From a virus: a stretch of 64,000 bases of DNA. How positions within the stretch are numbered: the stretch's first letter is position 1; every line of letters starts with the position of its first letter. A program made the position numbers and the translations under genes. Shown here one piece after another: positions 20,818 to 31,310 of the stretch. The stretch lies in the IMG/VR virus record IMGVR_UViG_3300042546_000155; one strand, given 5' to 3'. A model generated the notes under the pieces. The model saw nothing but the letters and a program-made list of their open reading frames with translations. It was not told where the DNA came from and searched no databases.

Positions 20818-22898
20818 TATGTCTCTGCAATAACGTCGAATTGAATACTCTGTGGATTATCCACATCGATAGCTAGGATTCTATTTCTAGATGGCTTGAT
20901 AATTTCCTGTGCAGGTACCGCACTGAAAGATACAACATCTGTATCATAGAATGAATTGTTGGCAACATCTACTGGTCTAATATAATTTAGCACAACCTGG
21001 CCACGGTCATAATAGATCGTTCCTGCGTTGTTATCTACAATTACCTGATCACCAGTTGATGTGGTGTAATATGTGCGAACTGTTCCTAGATTAGTCTCTA
21101 GAACTGGAACTGCCGCAGCACCTTCACCAAGACCTGTAATCTGCACCTGCGCTCTAGTATAGTTGCGACCCTTGTTGGTTACATTGATCTTGATAACCTT
21201 TTCATCTACCACAACAGCGGTAGCAGTAGCACCAACACCGTCACCGGTGATTGTGACTTTAGGAAGTTCTGTATAGCCGTCACCACCATTAATCATAGTG
21301 ACAGAATTGATACCAGAGTTAGCACCTGGATCTTCTTCAAAATAAACATTTCTCTGATTTAGAGCGGTATCGATTACTTTGATCCATGGATATGAATTGA
21401 AACGATTGTATGCATCGCTTTTCATTAGAGGCATGTTATAGTTGATGATGTATCTTCTCAACTCATCAACGATCATATCAACTCTTTTCTGGACATAAAC
21501 ATCGATATCTGAACCTGTAATGGCAGGATCTGATCCTTCAATATACTGCTGCAACTTAGACTTACGGAAAGTTGACTTAAAGGTATTCAACTCATCGTTA
21601 TTATACTTAAGAATAGCAGCCCTTACGATTTCTCTAATCTCATTAGCTGTTTTTGATGTTCTGTTAGGATCGTATGTTACTCTACCAGTCAATACAACGA
21701 ATACATAATCTGGATCGACAATCTCTGGTGTAACAGTGACAACATTCTTATTTCTAACATAGTCACGCTTGATTATTTCTTTGTCCTGATCAGATAGCTT
21801 GTAATAGCCTTTGGTCTTAAATGACATAAAGACTTTGCCATATTGAATAGGAACATTATCTTCACCGCCCCAAACAGAAACGGCGTCGATATTTGGATAA
21901 TTCTTAACAAGAGTTGATTCATAATCGGTTGTTGTAACAGCACGATTTTGTGCAGTATAGAAATTAGGCGCACGAATACGAATTGTTTCGATATCTTCCT
22001 TATCCACCGCACCTCTTGATGCCTGTCTAGTGGTAACTCTAACATCTTCACGATAATAACCACCAACTGGCTGAACGAACTTAAAGCCACCGATATTATT
22101 AGCGGCTGCTCCTGTTGTATCGAGATAGGTGATTTGAACAATGTTGCCGTTCTTAGGCTTATAACCTAGAACACCATCGCCAAAGTAAACAGTCCAATTA
22201 AGATTTTCGTTTTCTTCTACGAAATATACGAATGAGTCTGGTGATAGTTCTGTCAAGTCATTTGCTAGTGAATATTCTTCACTGTATGAATTACTTGATG
22301 ACTCGAATACTAGAACAGTAAGGGTTGATGTATCGACATTAGCAGAAGGCAATTCAAATCTTCTGTATGGATTAGATGCATCTACCTTAAACTGCTGAGT
22401 AATTGCCTCGCCTTGCTTAATAACGACATTAGAAAAGGTGAATGCGGAGGCAAACTTTGAAACAGTATTTGAGTTAACTGTTACGAAAGGATAATTAATA
22501 CCATTAACATCTGTGCCTAGAAGTCTAGTATATTTCTCTAGTGTGATTGTAGGAATAGTTGTTATTTCATTTCTGGTTGGCTTAACATAAACATCGATAA
22601 CTGCCTGTGAACCACGAGCGGAAGCAGGCACATATCCAATAGCCTTAGAATGTGATAGAATGTTCTGACGGATCTGTGCAGTATCTAGAAAAGACTCATT
22701 GGCAAGCATGTTCATATAGAAAGCATTGTAATAAGTGTTATAGGCAAGCATGTCTAATAGAACAGCAAGACCAGAACCTTCGAAGTCATAATCTTGAAAG
22801 GTATCTTGTGAACGAAGATATTCCTTAAGATTCTCTCTAATCGATGTAAAGTCTAATTCTGTGACTCTTAGTGCTGCGTTTGAATTTGCGGATGCCAT
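20817..22898 (-). CDS. gp6: Baseplate wedge subunit
   Basis: ELDF...DYDFEGSGLAVLLDMLAYNTYYNAFY, QNRAVT..DY, VWGGEDN. Confidence 0.92.
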   Translation of the reverse strand: MASANSNAALRVTELDFTSIRENLKEYLRSQDTFQDYDFEGSGLAVLLDMLAYNTYYNAFYMNMLANESFLDTAQIRQNILSHSKAIGYVPASARGSQAVIDVYVKPTRNEITTIPTITLEKYTRLLGTDVNGINYPFVTVNSNTVSKFASAFTFSNVVIKQGEAITQQFKVDASNPYRRFELPSANVDTSTLTVLVFESSSNSYSEEYSLANDLTELSPDSFVYFVEENENLNWTVYFGDGVLGYKPKNGNIVQITYLDTTGAAANNIGGFKFVQPVGGYYREDVRVTTRQASRGAVDKEDIETIRIRAPNFYTAQNRAVTTTDYESTLVKNYPNIDAVSVWGGEDNVPIQYGKVFMSFKTKGYYKLSDQDKEIIKRDYVRNKNVVTVTPEIVDPDYVFVVLTGRVTYDPNRTSKTANEIREIVRAAILKYNNDELNTFKSTFRKSKLQQYIEGSDPAITGSDIDVYVQKRVDMIVDELRRYIINYNMPLMKSDAYNRFNSYPWIKVIDTALNQRNVYFEEDPGANSGINSVTMINGGDGYTELPKVTITGDGVGATATAVVVDEKVIKINVTNKGRNYTRAQVQITGLGEGAAAVPVLETNLGTVRTYYTTSTGDQVIVDNNAGTIYYDRGQVVLNYIRPVDVANNSFYDTDVVSFSAVPAQEIIKPSRNRILAIDVDNPQSIQFDVIAET

Positions 22899-22903
22899 AG
22901 CTA

Positions 22904-23317
22904 TTATCTAATCCTTTCTAGGAATACCGTCGTGACAACTGGCTCATTTCTATTTAGAATAACAAATTCAATGGTTATATCAAAACCATTTCTGTCTATA
23001 TCTTCGCTGGCTCTAATATCTTGAACCTCAATTCTAGGCTCAAATTCATTTAATACACGGCGTATTTCATCTTGAAGGACGAGTAGAGTTGTCGGTGTGA
23101 AGTTCTCAAATAGCAATGCTCTGATATTGGAACCAATACCAGATTTAAAAGGTCTCTCATAGTAGTTAGTGAATACTAGATTGCGAACTGATCTAATAAC
23201 AGCATCCCTACCGTGTTTAAGAATAAGCTGATTCGTCTTTGGATGTTTCATGAAATCCAAATCTATATCGCAATAGTCTGGTACTCTTGAAATATACGGT
23301 ACGCTTTGATCTGCCAT
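22904..23317 (-). CDS. gp25: Baseplate wedge / sheath initiator
   Basis: AVIRSVRNLVFTNYYERPF...FEPRI. Confidence 0.9.
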   Translation of the reverse strand: MADQSVPYISRVPDYCDIDLDFMKHPKTNQLILKHGRDAVIRSVRNLVFTNYYERPFKSGIGSNIRALLFENFTPTTLLVLQDEIRRVLNEFEPRIEVQDIRASEDIDRNGFDITIEFVILNRNEPVVTTVFLERIR

Positions 23318-23340
23318 TTATAGAACCCTATTTGTTATAT

Positions 23341-24405
23341 TTAGGCTAGTTTACTGAGCCATTCTTCCGAAGATGCTTCTGCAATTGGTTGATTTGCCAT
23401 ACCAGAATTAATAGAAGGAAGACCAGCAGCAGAAATCATTTCAGCAAAATTAAAGTCTAGTTGCGTTGCTTGTCCGCCTGCAAGATTAACTGTGCCACCA
23501 TCAACATGTGTCGTTGTATCACCTTTAACATGAACTGTGGTACCAGAAACATGTGTAGTGGCGCCTTCAAGCGCAGCAGATGATCCACCTTTGAATTTAG
23601 CGGTATTCTGTGCTTCTACCTTAACATTTTCTTGGGCTTCTGTTTGAATATCCTTATCTGCTTGCGTATGAAGACTGCCGCCAGAAGCGACAAGAGAAAC
23701 TTTTTGTTCGCCATCGGTTACCTTCATGTCTAGTTTGCCGTCTTTATTCTCGATATGTGTAGCGCCTTTGTTATTATAGACTGTCAATTGACCGTCTTCG
23801 CCAGGCATGTGAAGATTAGTGCCACCTCCACCACCAACATGAACTTGGTCACCATGAGAAATAAACGATGCTGCGCCTTTAGCAACATGAGCAATAGCAC
23901 CATGTGCCATCATACCAGAAGAACCTTCTAGTTTCTTTGTTTCATTCTTGGCTTGTGTATCGATATTACCACGAACCATTCTGTTTAGGTTCTTGGCTGT
24001 GAAATTATAATCACCCATGACAGTTAGATTATAATTCTTGTGACAGGTAACATTGTAGTCACCAAATACTCTAAGCGATGCATCACCTTTCACGGTAATA
24101 TCTTGTGCGCCCGATACTGTAATACGATCTTCACCAAAGATAACTTCATACTTACCATTGTGTGTAGTGAAATGCACAGAACCATCTGGCCGCATTTGAA
24201 TAGCAGAACCAGAACGATGCTGAATAGTTACCGACTCATGATCTTTAGAGTCGTCCATGATGATATTATGTCCTGAGCGAGACTTGTAAGACCAATAATT
24301 AGGATATTTACCAGCGCCTTCTTCTTCACGGACATCTTTAGGCACTTTATATTTCTTGGGCGTAGTCTTGCGCTCTGAGTTAGGATTAAACTTTTTTGTT
24401 GCCAT
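23341..24405 (-). CDS. Baseplate central spike, gp5 C-terminal (beta-helix)-like part
   Basis: YP....SRSGH.I.MDD....E...I.HRSG motif plus short beta-repeats; lies upstream of gp25. Confidence 0.65.
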   Translation of the reverse strand: MATKKFNPNSERKTTPKKYKVPKDVREEEGAGKYPNYWSYKSRSGHNIIMDDSKDHESVTIQHRSGSAIQMRPDGSVHFTTHNGKYEVIFGEDRITVSGAQDITVKGDASLRVFGDYNVTCHKNYNLTVMGDYNFTAKNLNRMVRGNIDTQAKNETKKLEGSSGMMAHGAIAHVAKGAASFISHGDQVHVGGGGGTNLHMPGEDGQLTVYNNKGATHIENKDGKLDMKVTDGEQKVSLVASGGSLHTQADKDIQTEAQENVKVEAQNTAKFKGGSSAALEGATTHVSGTTVHVKGDTTTHVDGGTVNLAGGQATQLDFNFAEMISAAGLPSINSGMANQPIAEASSEEWLSKLA

Positions 24406-25826
24406 TACATCATGCCCTTGAATAGTGATGGATCAAGTGGGTTACCACCGTTAATAGTCTTCTTAACAATCTCAAATAGTTTATTCGAGTCTTGGTCGGT
24501 GTTTAGTTTCTCGTGCATATCTTTGGCGTTTTGTTCGCCTTGTGGAGCTAGACGCTTCATCATTTCCATAATCTGTCCTGATGACTGACCGAACATATTG
24601 CCAGAACCACCGCCACCTCCTCCAGAACCACTACCAGAACCACCATATGGCATAGAACCGATACCCGGACTGGTATTATTACTTGTGATTGTATTGGCAA
24701 ATGTATTAATGTTATTCAGAGTGTTTGCATCATATAGAATAGAAATCTCGCCTTCGAAATCAATTACCTGTTTCGCTGCGCCCCAGGCAGTATCAATGGC
24801 TATTTCATAGTTTCTAAGATTTTCTCTACCAAATAGAGTAGTATCATACTGCAAACGGTTTAGCGTTGTCATCATGTCATCTAATGTCTCACACTGTAGC
24901 AATAGACTTTCTGCCTGTTGTAAGTATGTGTTTGGATCGACTACTTTATTGACAAAGTATGCAGAACCACTATCACCAATATCATAGCCCTGACATAGAA
25001 TACTAAGATTTTGTAGAGCAGCGGCTAGTTCTGGTCTATTCTGTCTTTCATATTGCTGTGTGATATATTCAATTCTATTATTGCCAGTATTAGTTGCTGG
25101 TGGAACATTACCGTAACCACCACCGCCTTGTCCTGAACCACCACGATTACCCATGAGACCTTGAAACATCTGACTCATTGACATGACTTGGCCCATTAGA
25201 CCTTGCAGCATATCAGTTGTCATCATGCTATCGTTTGTCTGTTTAGCAGTAGGTACGCTACTAATCTCTGGCAATTTAAATCCAGCCATATCAAACAAAG
25301 CACCGTGAATAGGCAGTCCTTCTAATAGTTCAAAGCGGTGTTCTTCGTTCTTTTCTTTAATCTCTCTGATCTTTGTTCCGTCTTCTGCCTGTCCTTCTTT
25401 GACTTCTGGTGGAACTTTGATGCCCAACTTTCTTTGTTTCAGTTTACCAAATGTAGAGTTTTGGCCCATAAGACTGCCACCACCAGAACCAGTAGAAGGA
25501 TTCTGTAGAGCATTAAGCTGCCCTAATACGATACCAGAAGCCGCACCTTGTGTCTTTAATACGAGAACAGGTGTGCCAGGGTCCATAACACCAGGAAACG
25601 ATTGTTGTCCGAACTGTGTAGGTGTCATGCTTAGTGGTGAGAAGTTTAGATGACCTAAATCAACCTGACCACTGTGATCCATAGGCGAATATAGTTTAGA
25701 TGTGCATGATTGATCTGTAGGAAAATCACCATCTTCGGTGCCTTTCTTTTCAGGATCACCACCCGAACCAACTACACATACTTGAAATTGTCCTAGAGGA
25801 CCAGGAAAATTATTTGGATCAGCCAT
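24405..25826 (-). CDS. Baseplate hub protein with degenerate gp5-like N-terminal OB-fold
   Basis: Likely start MADPNN at 25826 (TAATG overlap); DPGTPVLV...GIVLGQL resembles the end of the gp5 OB-fold; Gly-rich linkers. Confidence 0.45.
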   Translation of the reverse strand: MADPNNFPGPLGQFQVCVVGSGGDPEKKGTEDGDFPTDQSCTSKLYSPMDHSGQVDLGHLNFSPLSMTPTQFGQQSFPGVMDPGTPVLVLKTQGAASGIVLGQLNALQNPSTGSGGGSLMGQNSTFGKLKQRKLGIKVPPEVKEGQAEDGTKIREIKEKNEEHRFELLEGLPIHGALFDMAGFKLPEISSVPTAKQTNDSMMTTDMLQGLMGQVMSMSQMFQGLMGNRGGSGQGGGGYGNVPPATNTGNNRIEYITQQYERQNRPELAAALQNLSILCQGYDIGDSGSAYFVNKVVDPNTYLQQAESLLLQCETLDDMMTTLNRLQYDTTLFGRENLRNYEIAIDTAWGAAKQVIDFEGEISILYDANTLNNINTFANTITSNNTSPGIGSMPYGGSGSGSGGGGGGSGNMFGQSSGQIMEMMKRLAPQGEQNAKDMHEKLNTDQDSNKLFEIVKKTINGGNPLDPSLFKGMM

Positions 25827-27088
25827 TAATTCATTACCCCTTGCAATACATCTTTTGATACACAATCCATAGTGGTTGTTGAATAACCACCGAGTTGAAC
25901 CTTATGCATTAATTCTGTGACTAGATACTGACCTGAGCCATATACTAGACCACCATCTTGCTTGTTCTCCCATTTAAGTTCGATCACTTGACCGACATGC
26001 ATGTATGGGTTCCATGCTGTGACCATTCTTAGAGCCACTTTGTCTCTATCTAGTAGAGCCATTCTTGCTTGACGCTTCAATAGATATCTCTCAACATCTG
26101 TTTCGCATCCATAATCTTGGTGTGAATTGCCTTTATTGGTCCATGATTGTTTCATATTGCCGCCCTCGAAGCAGCCATTTAGACCACCAGCAATACCTTG
26201 AACAGCACCGCCTCCACCTTGACCAAGAAAATTCATACCCATATTAACTAGATTGAGAAATGTTCCTGTATTGATATTCTGACCAGACTTATTAACACCA
26301 TTCAATAGATCAGTGAGATAATCAAAGTCACAAGGAAAGGTAATCATAATAGGATATGGATTAGCAGGTGTGGTTGACGATGTTGAATCGGTTTCACCAC
26401 CCTCAGAATAATAATAGGTCATCGATGAACCTTGATTGATTAGTTCTTTGAGTGATTTAAAGTTATGCTTGGTCTGACCGCCGTTTTCATATGTCATAAA
26501 GTGAACGAACGATGGATCATCACCGTCTAATGCCATATTTGCTTGCTGTGCAATGACACGGAATGGATGAATATTTTCTGCAATATAATCTCTCTGCGGC
26601 TCACACTGGCTAATTTCTCTAGAGCCTTGGTGTTTAACGCAATCGAGAGCCGCATTGACAATCTCATTAGGAGTTACACATTTCCATGACTTACTCATCA
26701 GATGTTTTGCGTCTTCTAGCAATGATTCGTCACAGGCATGAATAGTAAATTCTTCGACGGCAGAAGGACTCTGGCTAATCAAACGACGATTATCTAGGCG
26801 ATATACGGTATTATTAACCGTCATATTCAATCCAGATGCACCAAAAGATTGTGTCAATGAACTAGACAAGGTAAGATTTAATTTCTCACCCTTCATGGTG
26901 TCTAGACTTTGCACAGGTGTATAGAGATATCGGTTGAATGTTATGGCAGTTTGCACACTAGGATTTAAAATACTCTCGCCCAGAATGACTTCCTTTACAG
27001 TGGTGTCATCCATCTTGAAAGAGCCAATACTACCTTTTATCGATACACGAAACTGATCTTTGTATTGCGAATTTTTTGAAAATGCCAT
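25826..27088 (-). CDS. Baseplate hub protein (gp27-like)
   Basis: Lies between gp53 and the gp5-like genes; VGQVIEL...SGQYLVTELMH C-terminal motif. Confidence 0.55.
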   Translation of the reverse strand: MAFSKNSQYKDQFRVSIKGSIGSFKMDDTTVKEVILGESILNPSVQTAITFNRYLYTPVQSLDTMKGEKLNLTLSSSLTQSFGASGLNMTVNNTVYRLDNRRLISQSPSAVEEFTIHACDESLLEDAKHLMSKSWKCVTPNEIVNAALDCVKHQGSREISQCEPQRDYIAENIHPFRVIAQQANMALDGDDPSFVHFMTYENGGQTKHNFKSLKELINQGSSMTYYYSEGGETDSTSSTTPANPYPIMITFPCDFDYLTDLLNGVNKSGQNINTGTFLNLVNMGMNFLGQGGGGAVQGIAGGLNGCFEGGNMKQSWTNKGNSHQDYGCETDVERYLLKRQARMALLDRDKVALRMVTAWNPYMHVGQVIELKWENKQDGGLVYGSGQYLVTELMHKVQLGGYSTTTMDCVSKDVLQGVMN

Positions 27089-27927
27089 TAGATTAGCCTT
27101 CTAACAAAATCTTCCTTGTGACCAGTTAGAGTATTAAACTCCAACATGATCTGAGAATAATACATAGGCTTAATAATTTTGATTTGCTTTTTCTTATCGT
27201 TCAATTCGTTTTCATAGTCATAGTTGGTGATAACATCGGCACGAGTATCAATAACAATAGTATCACCGTCAATGACCTCATACTCTCTAACGCCAGTAAC
27301 CGATAGACCACCTTCTGTTCTTACGGAATCACGGTCGGCTGTAAACTTTCTACTAATAGTATCAATGCGAGTAAGAGTGGTATCATCGGTCAGACTTGTT
27401 AGGTCTTGATCTGGTCCGTCTGGATAAGGAACTAGTGCCTGATCCCAGACATAATAATCAAATGGCTTACCAGCAGGATAATCTGTAAAGCGACGAGGTG
27501 AAATGATATATCTCGATTCAGTAACAGTATCCCATGTTAGATTATGTCTAGTGACAACCTTTTCGACATGATGGACAGTCTGAACGGCTGCTTGGGAAGA
27601 TCCATACTTGGCTTCAATATATGAATTGAATGCAGTATAGCCTAGAGGCCAATCGAATTGTGGATCGAAAATCTGATTGGTATATAATATGATCCAACCA
27701 GCCCCAGTATCACCATAGACCTTCTCCGCTATAATCTCTGGTGTTTCATTATCTTCAACAGTGTAAGTATAATATGTAGATAGGTTATTGATAACCTTCT
27801 TAAGAATGCCTATACGAAAGAAAATGTTGGTTACATTCTCAGTCTGTTCATATATTCTGTTCTTATTGATATCATACTTAATCGTAGGAAATACATCAAA
27901 GAACTTTGATTGTCTATTAGATGCCAT
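27088..27927 (-). CDS. gp53: Baseplate wedge protein
   Basis: ETPEIIAEKVYGD...WIIL..N...DPQFDWPL; YENELNDKKKQIKII. Confidence 0.88.
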   Translation of the reverse strand: MASNRQSKFFDVFPTIKYDINKNRIYEQTENVTNIFFRIGILKKVINNLSTYYTYTVEDNETPEIIAEKVYGDTGAGWIILYTNQIFDPQFDWPLGYTAFNSYIEAKYGSSQAAVQTVHHVEKVVTRHNLTWDTVTESRYIISPRRFTDYPAGKPFDYYVWDQALVPYPDGPDQDLTSLTDDTTLTRIDTISRKFTADRDSVRTEGGLSVTGVREYEVIDGDTIVIDTRADVITNYDYENELNDKKKQIKIIKPMYYSQIMLEFNTLTGHKEDFVRRLI

Positions 27928-27932
27928 TTAGA

Positions 27933-28445
27933 TTACCTTTTAAATACCCAATCTTCTACTGGTAGCTGTATTGCTTTTTCGTATTCATAAGAATATATTT
28001 CAACAAATCTCGACTTACAATGACTAAACATATACCTATGAATACAAGGTTTAGATAACGACTCAATACCATATGTTGATTGCAGCAAATCATAATTAAT
28101 AACAAATCTGGTCGACTCATCATAACGATCATTATTTCTAAATCTAGACAAACTGGCTAGCAATGCAGTTCTCTCACCGACACTAAGATAATGTAGATTC
28201 AATCCTATGAAGCCGTTAGGAACCATCTTAAATGGTATGCACATAGGAAACTTATCATACTTGGGCAGATATGCTTTGCCCTTAGGATCATACTTAAAGA
28301 AATACATACGACCTATAATCGTGGAACTTCTGCTGCGTTCATCAGATGTGATTAGATTTCTTCTGGCAACATAAGGTTGTGCGCTTAGTGCCTTTTCTTC
28401 TAACCAATCAGATAGTTCGTCCGATGTATATTGTTTTGTTGCCAT
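27933..28445 (-). CDS. gp2: DNA end protector protein
   Basis: GRMYFFKYDPK...LP.YDKFP...GF.GLNLHYL. Confidence 0.88.
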   Translation of the reverse strand: MATKQYTSDELSDWLEEKALSAQPYVARRNLITSDERSRSSTIIGRMYFFKYDPKGKAYLPKYDKFPMCIPFKMVPNGFIGLNLHYLSVGERTALLASLSRFRNNDRYDESTRFVINYDLLQSTYGIESLSKPCIHRYMFSHCKSRFVEIYSYEYEKAIQLPVEDWVFKR

Positions 28446-28459
28446 AAAGGTTATTTATC

Positions 28460-28909
28460 TTACTTTTTGCCAAACAGTTCCGTTTCTGTTATAATCTGAA
28501 ATTCCCAACCTTTAAACTCACAATACTCTCTAGCCGCTTTCCACTTGGCTTGATTAACGCCATAGGTCATAACCTCAGAGATAAATCTTTTAGTGCGTCT
28601 CTTAGGCACCTTAGGCTCTAATGTTTGTGCCTTGGGTTTAACCTCTAATAGCATAGTCTTTATCGATCCATCAGGCAACATAGCTTCCACATAGAAATCG
28701 ACAAAGTATCTGTGTAGTCTACCGTCAACTGGTGATCTATATGGTATTACTATTTCTTCCGAAGACCATGCTACGATACTAGAGTTCTCATCTAGATTTT
28801 TCATTACTTGCTTCTCCCAACCAGAACGATATACGATATTGGTTGGGTCACCTCTATACTTTTTGGGAAACATTGGTTTGAAGAAGCCTTGTTTGTATTC
28901 TCTTGCCAT
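28460..28909 (-). CDS. gp4: Head completion nuclease
   Basis: KYRGDPTNIVYRSGWE, WSSEE...HRYFVDF, EVKP, NQAKW.AA. Confidence 0.92.
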   Translation of the reverse strand: MAREYKQGFFKPMFPKKYRGDPTNIVYRSGWEKQVMKNLDENSSIVAWSSEEIVIPYRSPVDGRLHRYFVDFYVEAMLPDGSIKTMLLEVKPKAQTLEPKVPKRRTKRFISEVMTYGVNQAKWKAAREYCEFKGWEFQIITETELFGKK

Positions 28910-28920
28910 CTATATACCTC

Positions 28921-28930
28921 ACTAAATAAT
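28921..28930 (+). promoter_or_regulatory. Putative T4-type late promoter (CTAAATA) for the + strand baseplate operon
   Basis: actaaataat in the divergent intergenic gap, followed by AGGAG SD; NTAAATA recurs before other late genes in the window. Confidence 0.5.
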
Positions 28931-28954
28931 ATGTAGTTTACTAGGAGACAATAA

Positions 28955-29671
28955 ATGGCCATATATGAGTTTCCGTCACATCTTTATGATGATAGAAACG
29001 GGCATTACATGCGTATTACTGCTACGCCTGGCGCTATATCAGGATCAACATTTAATCCGGCGCAAGCTGATACATTTGTATTGCCTATGCCTATGGGAAA
29101 AGATAGTTACTCATATAAGCAGAGACATACTTATGGCGATGTTAAGTTGTCACGAGTTGCACTAGGTATGATGGGTATGAGCGGCTATGCAGACGCTATT
29201 GAAACAACCGCATCATTGCTAGGCGCACCTCTAAACCCTGCAATTGAAGTTATTTACGAAAGCACAAACCTCAGAGAGTTCACATTCGCTTTTCTATTTG
29301 CACCAGAAACAGAACAAGAATCAATTGCAGTAGAAAATATCTGTAGAAGAATGAGATTCCATGCTGCACCTGAAATTCTAGGTGGCGGTACTACTGGTGC
29401 TAGACAGGGTTGGTTCGCTGCATCACCATCAAAATTTAAAATTGACTATAATGTATTGGTCAATGGTAGATGGGAAAGAAATGATACATCTGGCACACCC
29501 AAACTACCAAAGATATACGAAGGTTACATTGATGCTATTGGTGTCAACTATGCTCCCGCTGAAGGACTGTATAGCACATTCTCGAACGGTTACCCCGTTG
29601 CAGTAGAAATGGCTATCAGTTTCAAAGAAACAAGAATTATCGACAAGAGAATGATCAACGATGGCTATTAA
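28955..29671 (+). CDS. Baseplate tail-tube cap (gp48-like)
   Basis: NP.IEVIY....REFTFAFLFAP....ES..V..I; synteny. Confidence 0.65.
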   Translation: MAIYEFPSHLYDDRNGHYMRITATPGAISGSTFNPAQADTFVLPMPMGKDSYSYKQRHTYGDVKLSRVALGMMGMSGYADAIETTASLLGAPLNPAIEVIYESTNLREFTFAFLFAPETEQESIAVENICRRMRFHAAPEILGGGTTGARQGWFAASPSKFKIDYNVLVNGRWERNDTSGTPKLPKIYEGYIDAIGVNYAPAEGLYSTFSNGYPVAVEMAISFKETRIIDKRMINDGY

Positions 29672-30326
29672 TTTTCCCAATAAACCTACCAGACTAGGAC
29701 TAGATTACTTCCAGTCTTCATTGAATGATATGGGTGGTATTTCAAAACTCGCTCGCTTTGCGGTTCAGATTAAGCCTATCGGGTCAAACAGATTGACTAG
29801 TCGTCCGTATTATAGCCAGTTAAACAATCTTCTCTATGCATGTTACGCCACAGAATTTCCTGGCAGAGGCTTTGATCTATTATCAACCAGATATTACGGT
29901 GCACCTCAGACATTTCCTATCAACTCTAAGTATGGCACAGCGGCATTCTCTTTTATCTGCCGCAACAACAGCCTAGAAAGACAGGTGTTTGACGATTGGC
30001 AGAGTATCATCAATCCAACGACGACCTTTAATTTTGAGTATCCTAATAGCTATTACAGTGATATTGTCATGTATCATTATTCAGAAATTGGCGAACCTAA
30101 TAGACCACAAAATTCATCTGAATTACAATTGAACTATGCATGGACACTCAGAAAAGCCTGGCCGTCTCTTGTAAAGCCTCAGCCAGTGACATGGATGGAT
30201 ACCGACTTTCTATTCTTAGAAGTAGAGTTCACATATCGTTATTGGGATTACGGTGATGTTGCAGCAATCACAGGTGAATATGCCGGAGAGACAAACGCAC
30301 CAGAACCTAGACCACCGAATGTTTAA
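29661..30326 (+). CDS. Tail tube initiator (gp54/gp19-like)
   Basis: FPGR...ERQVFDDWQ..I...Y...Y...AWP..V...V.FTYRYW. Confidence 0.6.
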   Translation: MAINFPNKPTRLGLDYFQSSLNDMGGISKLARFAVQIKPIGSNRLTSRPYYSQLNNLLYACYATEFPGRGFDLLSTRYYGAPQTFPINSKYGTAAFSFICRNNSLERQVFDDWQSIINPTTTFNFEYPNSYYSDIVMYHYSEIGEPNRPQNSSELQLNYAWTLRKAWPSLVKPQPVTWMDTDFLFLEVEFTYRYWDYGDVAAITGEYAGETNAPEPRPPNV

Positions 30327-30342
30327 TTAATGGAGATTTATT

Positions 30343-31065
30343 ATGGAGTTACCTAAGATTGATTTGCCAACATATGATGTGAAAATACCATCAACTGGTA
30401 AAGAGATTAAAGTCAGGCCATTCACTGTAAAAGAAGAAAAGCTTTTGCTGATGGCTGTAGAGTCAAAGAACCCAAACGAGATTATTCAAACAGTCAAACA
30501 GATTATCAATAACTGTATCGTGTCTGGCAAGTTTGATGTTAACAAAGCACCTTTCTATGATGTAGACTTTTTGTTTATCTATCTTAGAGCAAAGTCTATG
30601 GGTGATAGCGTAGATATCAATCTGACATGTAAGAATGTGGTTGATGGTGTTGAATGTGGGAATGTGTTTCCTGCAAAACTCAACATTGCCAATGCTGTTA
30701 TAGAGAAGGATGATAGTATCAGTAATAAGATAGAACTGACAAATACTACCGGTGTTAAGATGACCTATCCAACATACGATGTTATGAAAAGAATGGAATC
30801 TAATAACTCGGTAGATGTTAAGTCAAGCATCATCGCCGCTAGTATCGAAAGCATATACGATGAAAAGGGTGTGTATAAGTCTTCCGATTACAAGTTCGAA
30901 CAGCTAAAAGAATTTGTTGAAGGACTAACAGAAGAAAAGTTTAGAGTCTTGGAAAAGTATGTTGATAACTTTCCATCGTTTGCTGTAGAACTTAAAGAGA
31001 AATGCACCAAATGTGGCTTTGAGCATAATGTGAGGTACAAAGACTTCTATGATTTTTTTTTCTAA
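30343..31065 (+). CDS. gp26: Baseplate hub subunit
   Basis: LPKIDLPTY...RPFTVKEEKLLLMA...LRAKS.G; ends DFFF. Confidence 0.9.
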   Translation: MELPKIDLPTYDVKIPSTGKEIKVRPFTVKEEKLLLMAVESKNPNEIIQTVKQIINNCIVSGKFDVNKAPFYDVDFLFIYLRAKSMGDSVDINLTCKNVVDGVECGNVFPAKLNIANAVIEKDDSISNKIELTNTTGVKMTYPTYDVMKRMESNNSVDVKSSIIAASIESIYDEKGVYKSSDYKFEQLKEFVEGLTEEKFRVLEKYVDNFPSFAVELKEKCTKCGFEHNVRYKDFYDFFF

Positions 31066-31067
31066 TT

Positions 31068-31307
31068 ATGGGGCAAGACAGTCTTTCTACTTTGTTTAGA
31101 ACCAACTTTGCTCTAATGCAGCATCATAAGTGGGGATTGAATGAAATAGAAAGTATGATGCCATGGGAAAGATATGTTTATATCGATCTATTGGAACAGC
31201 ACATTAAAGAAGAAGACGCCAAACAAAGAGATTATGAAGCACAGGCGAGAACAAATCAGAATGTCAGCAGGGTCAATATGCAACCTGCAAAGAACAGGGT
31301 AAGGTAA
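31068..31307 (+). CDS. gp51: Baseplate hub assembly protein
   Basis: NFALMQHHKW.L.EIESMMPWER.VYIDLL. Confidence 0.88.
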   Translation: MGQDSLSTLFRTNFALMQHHKWGLNEIESMMPWERYVYIDLLEQHIKEEDAKQRDYEAQARTNQNVSRVNMQPAKNRVR

Positions 31308-31310
31308 TAA

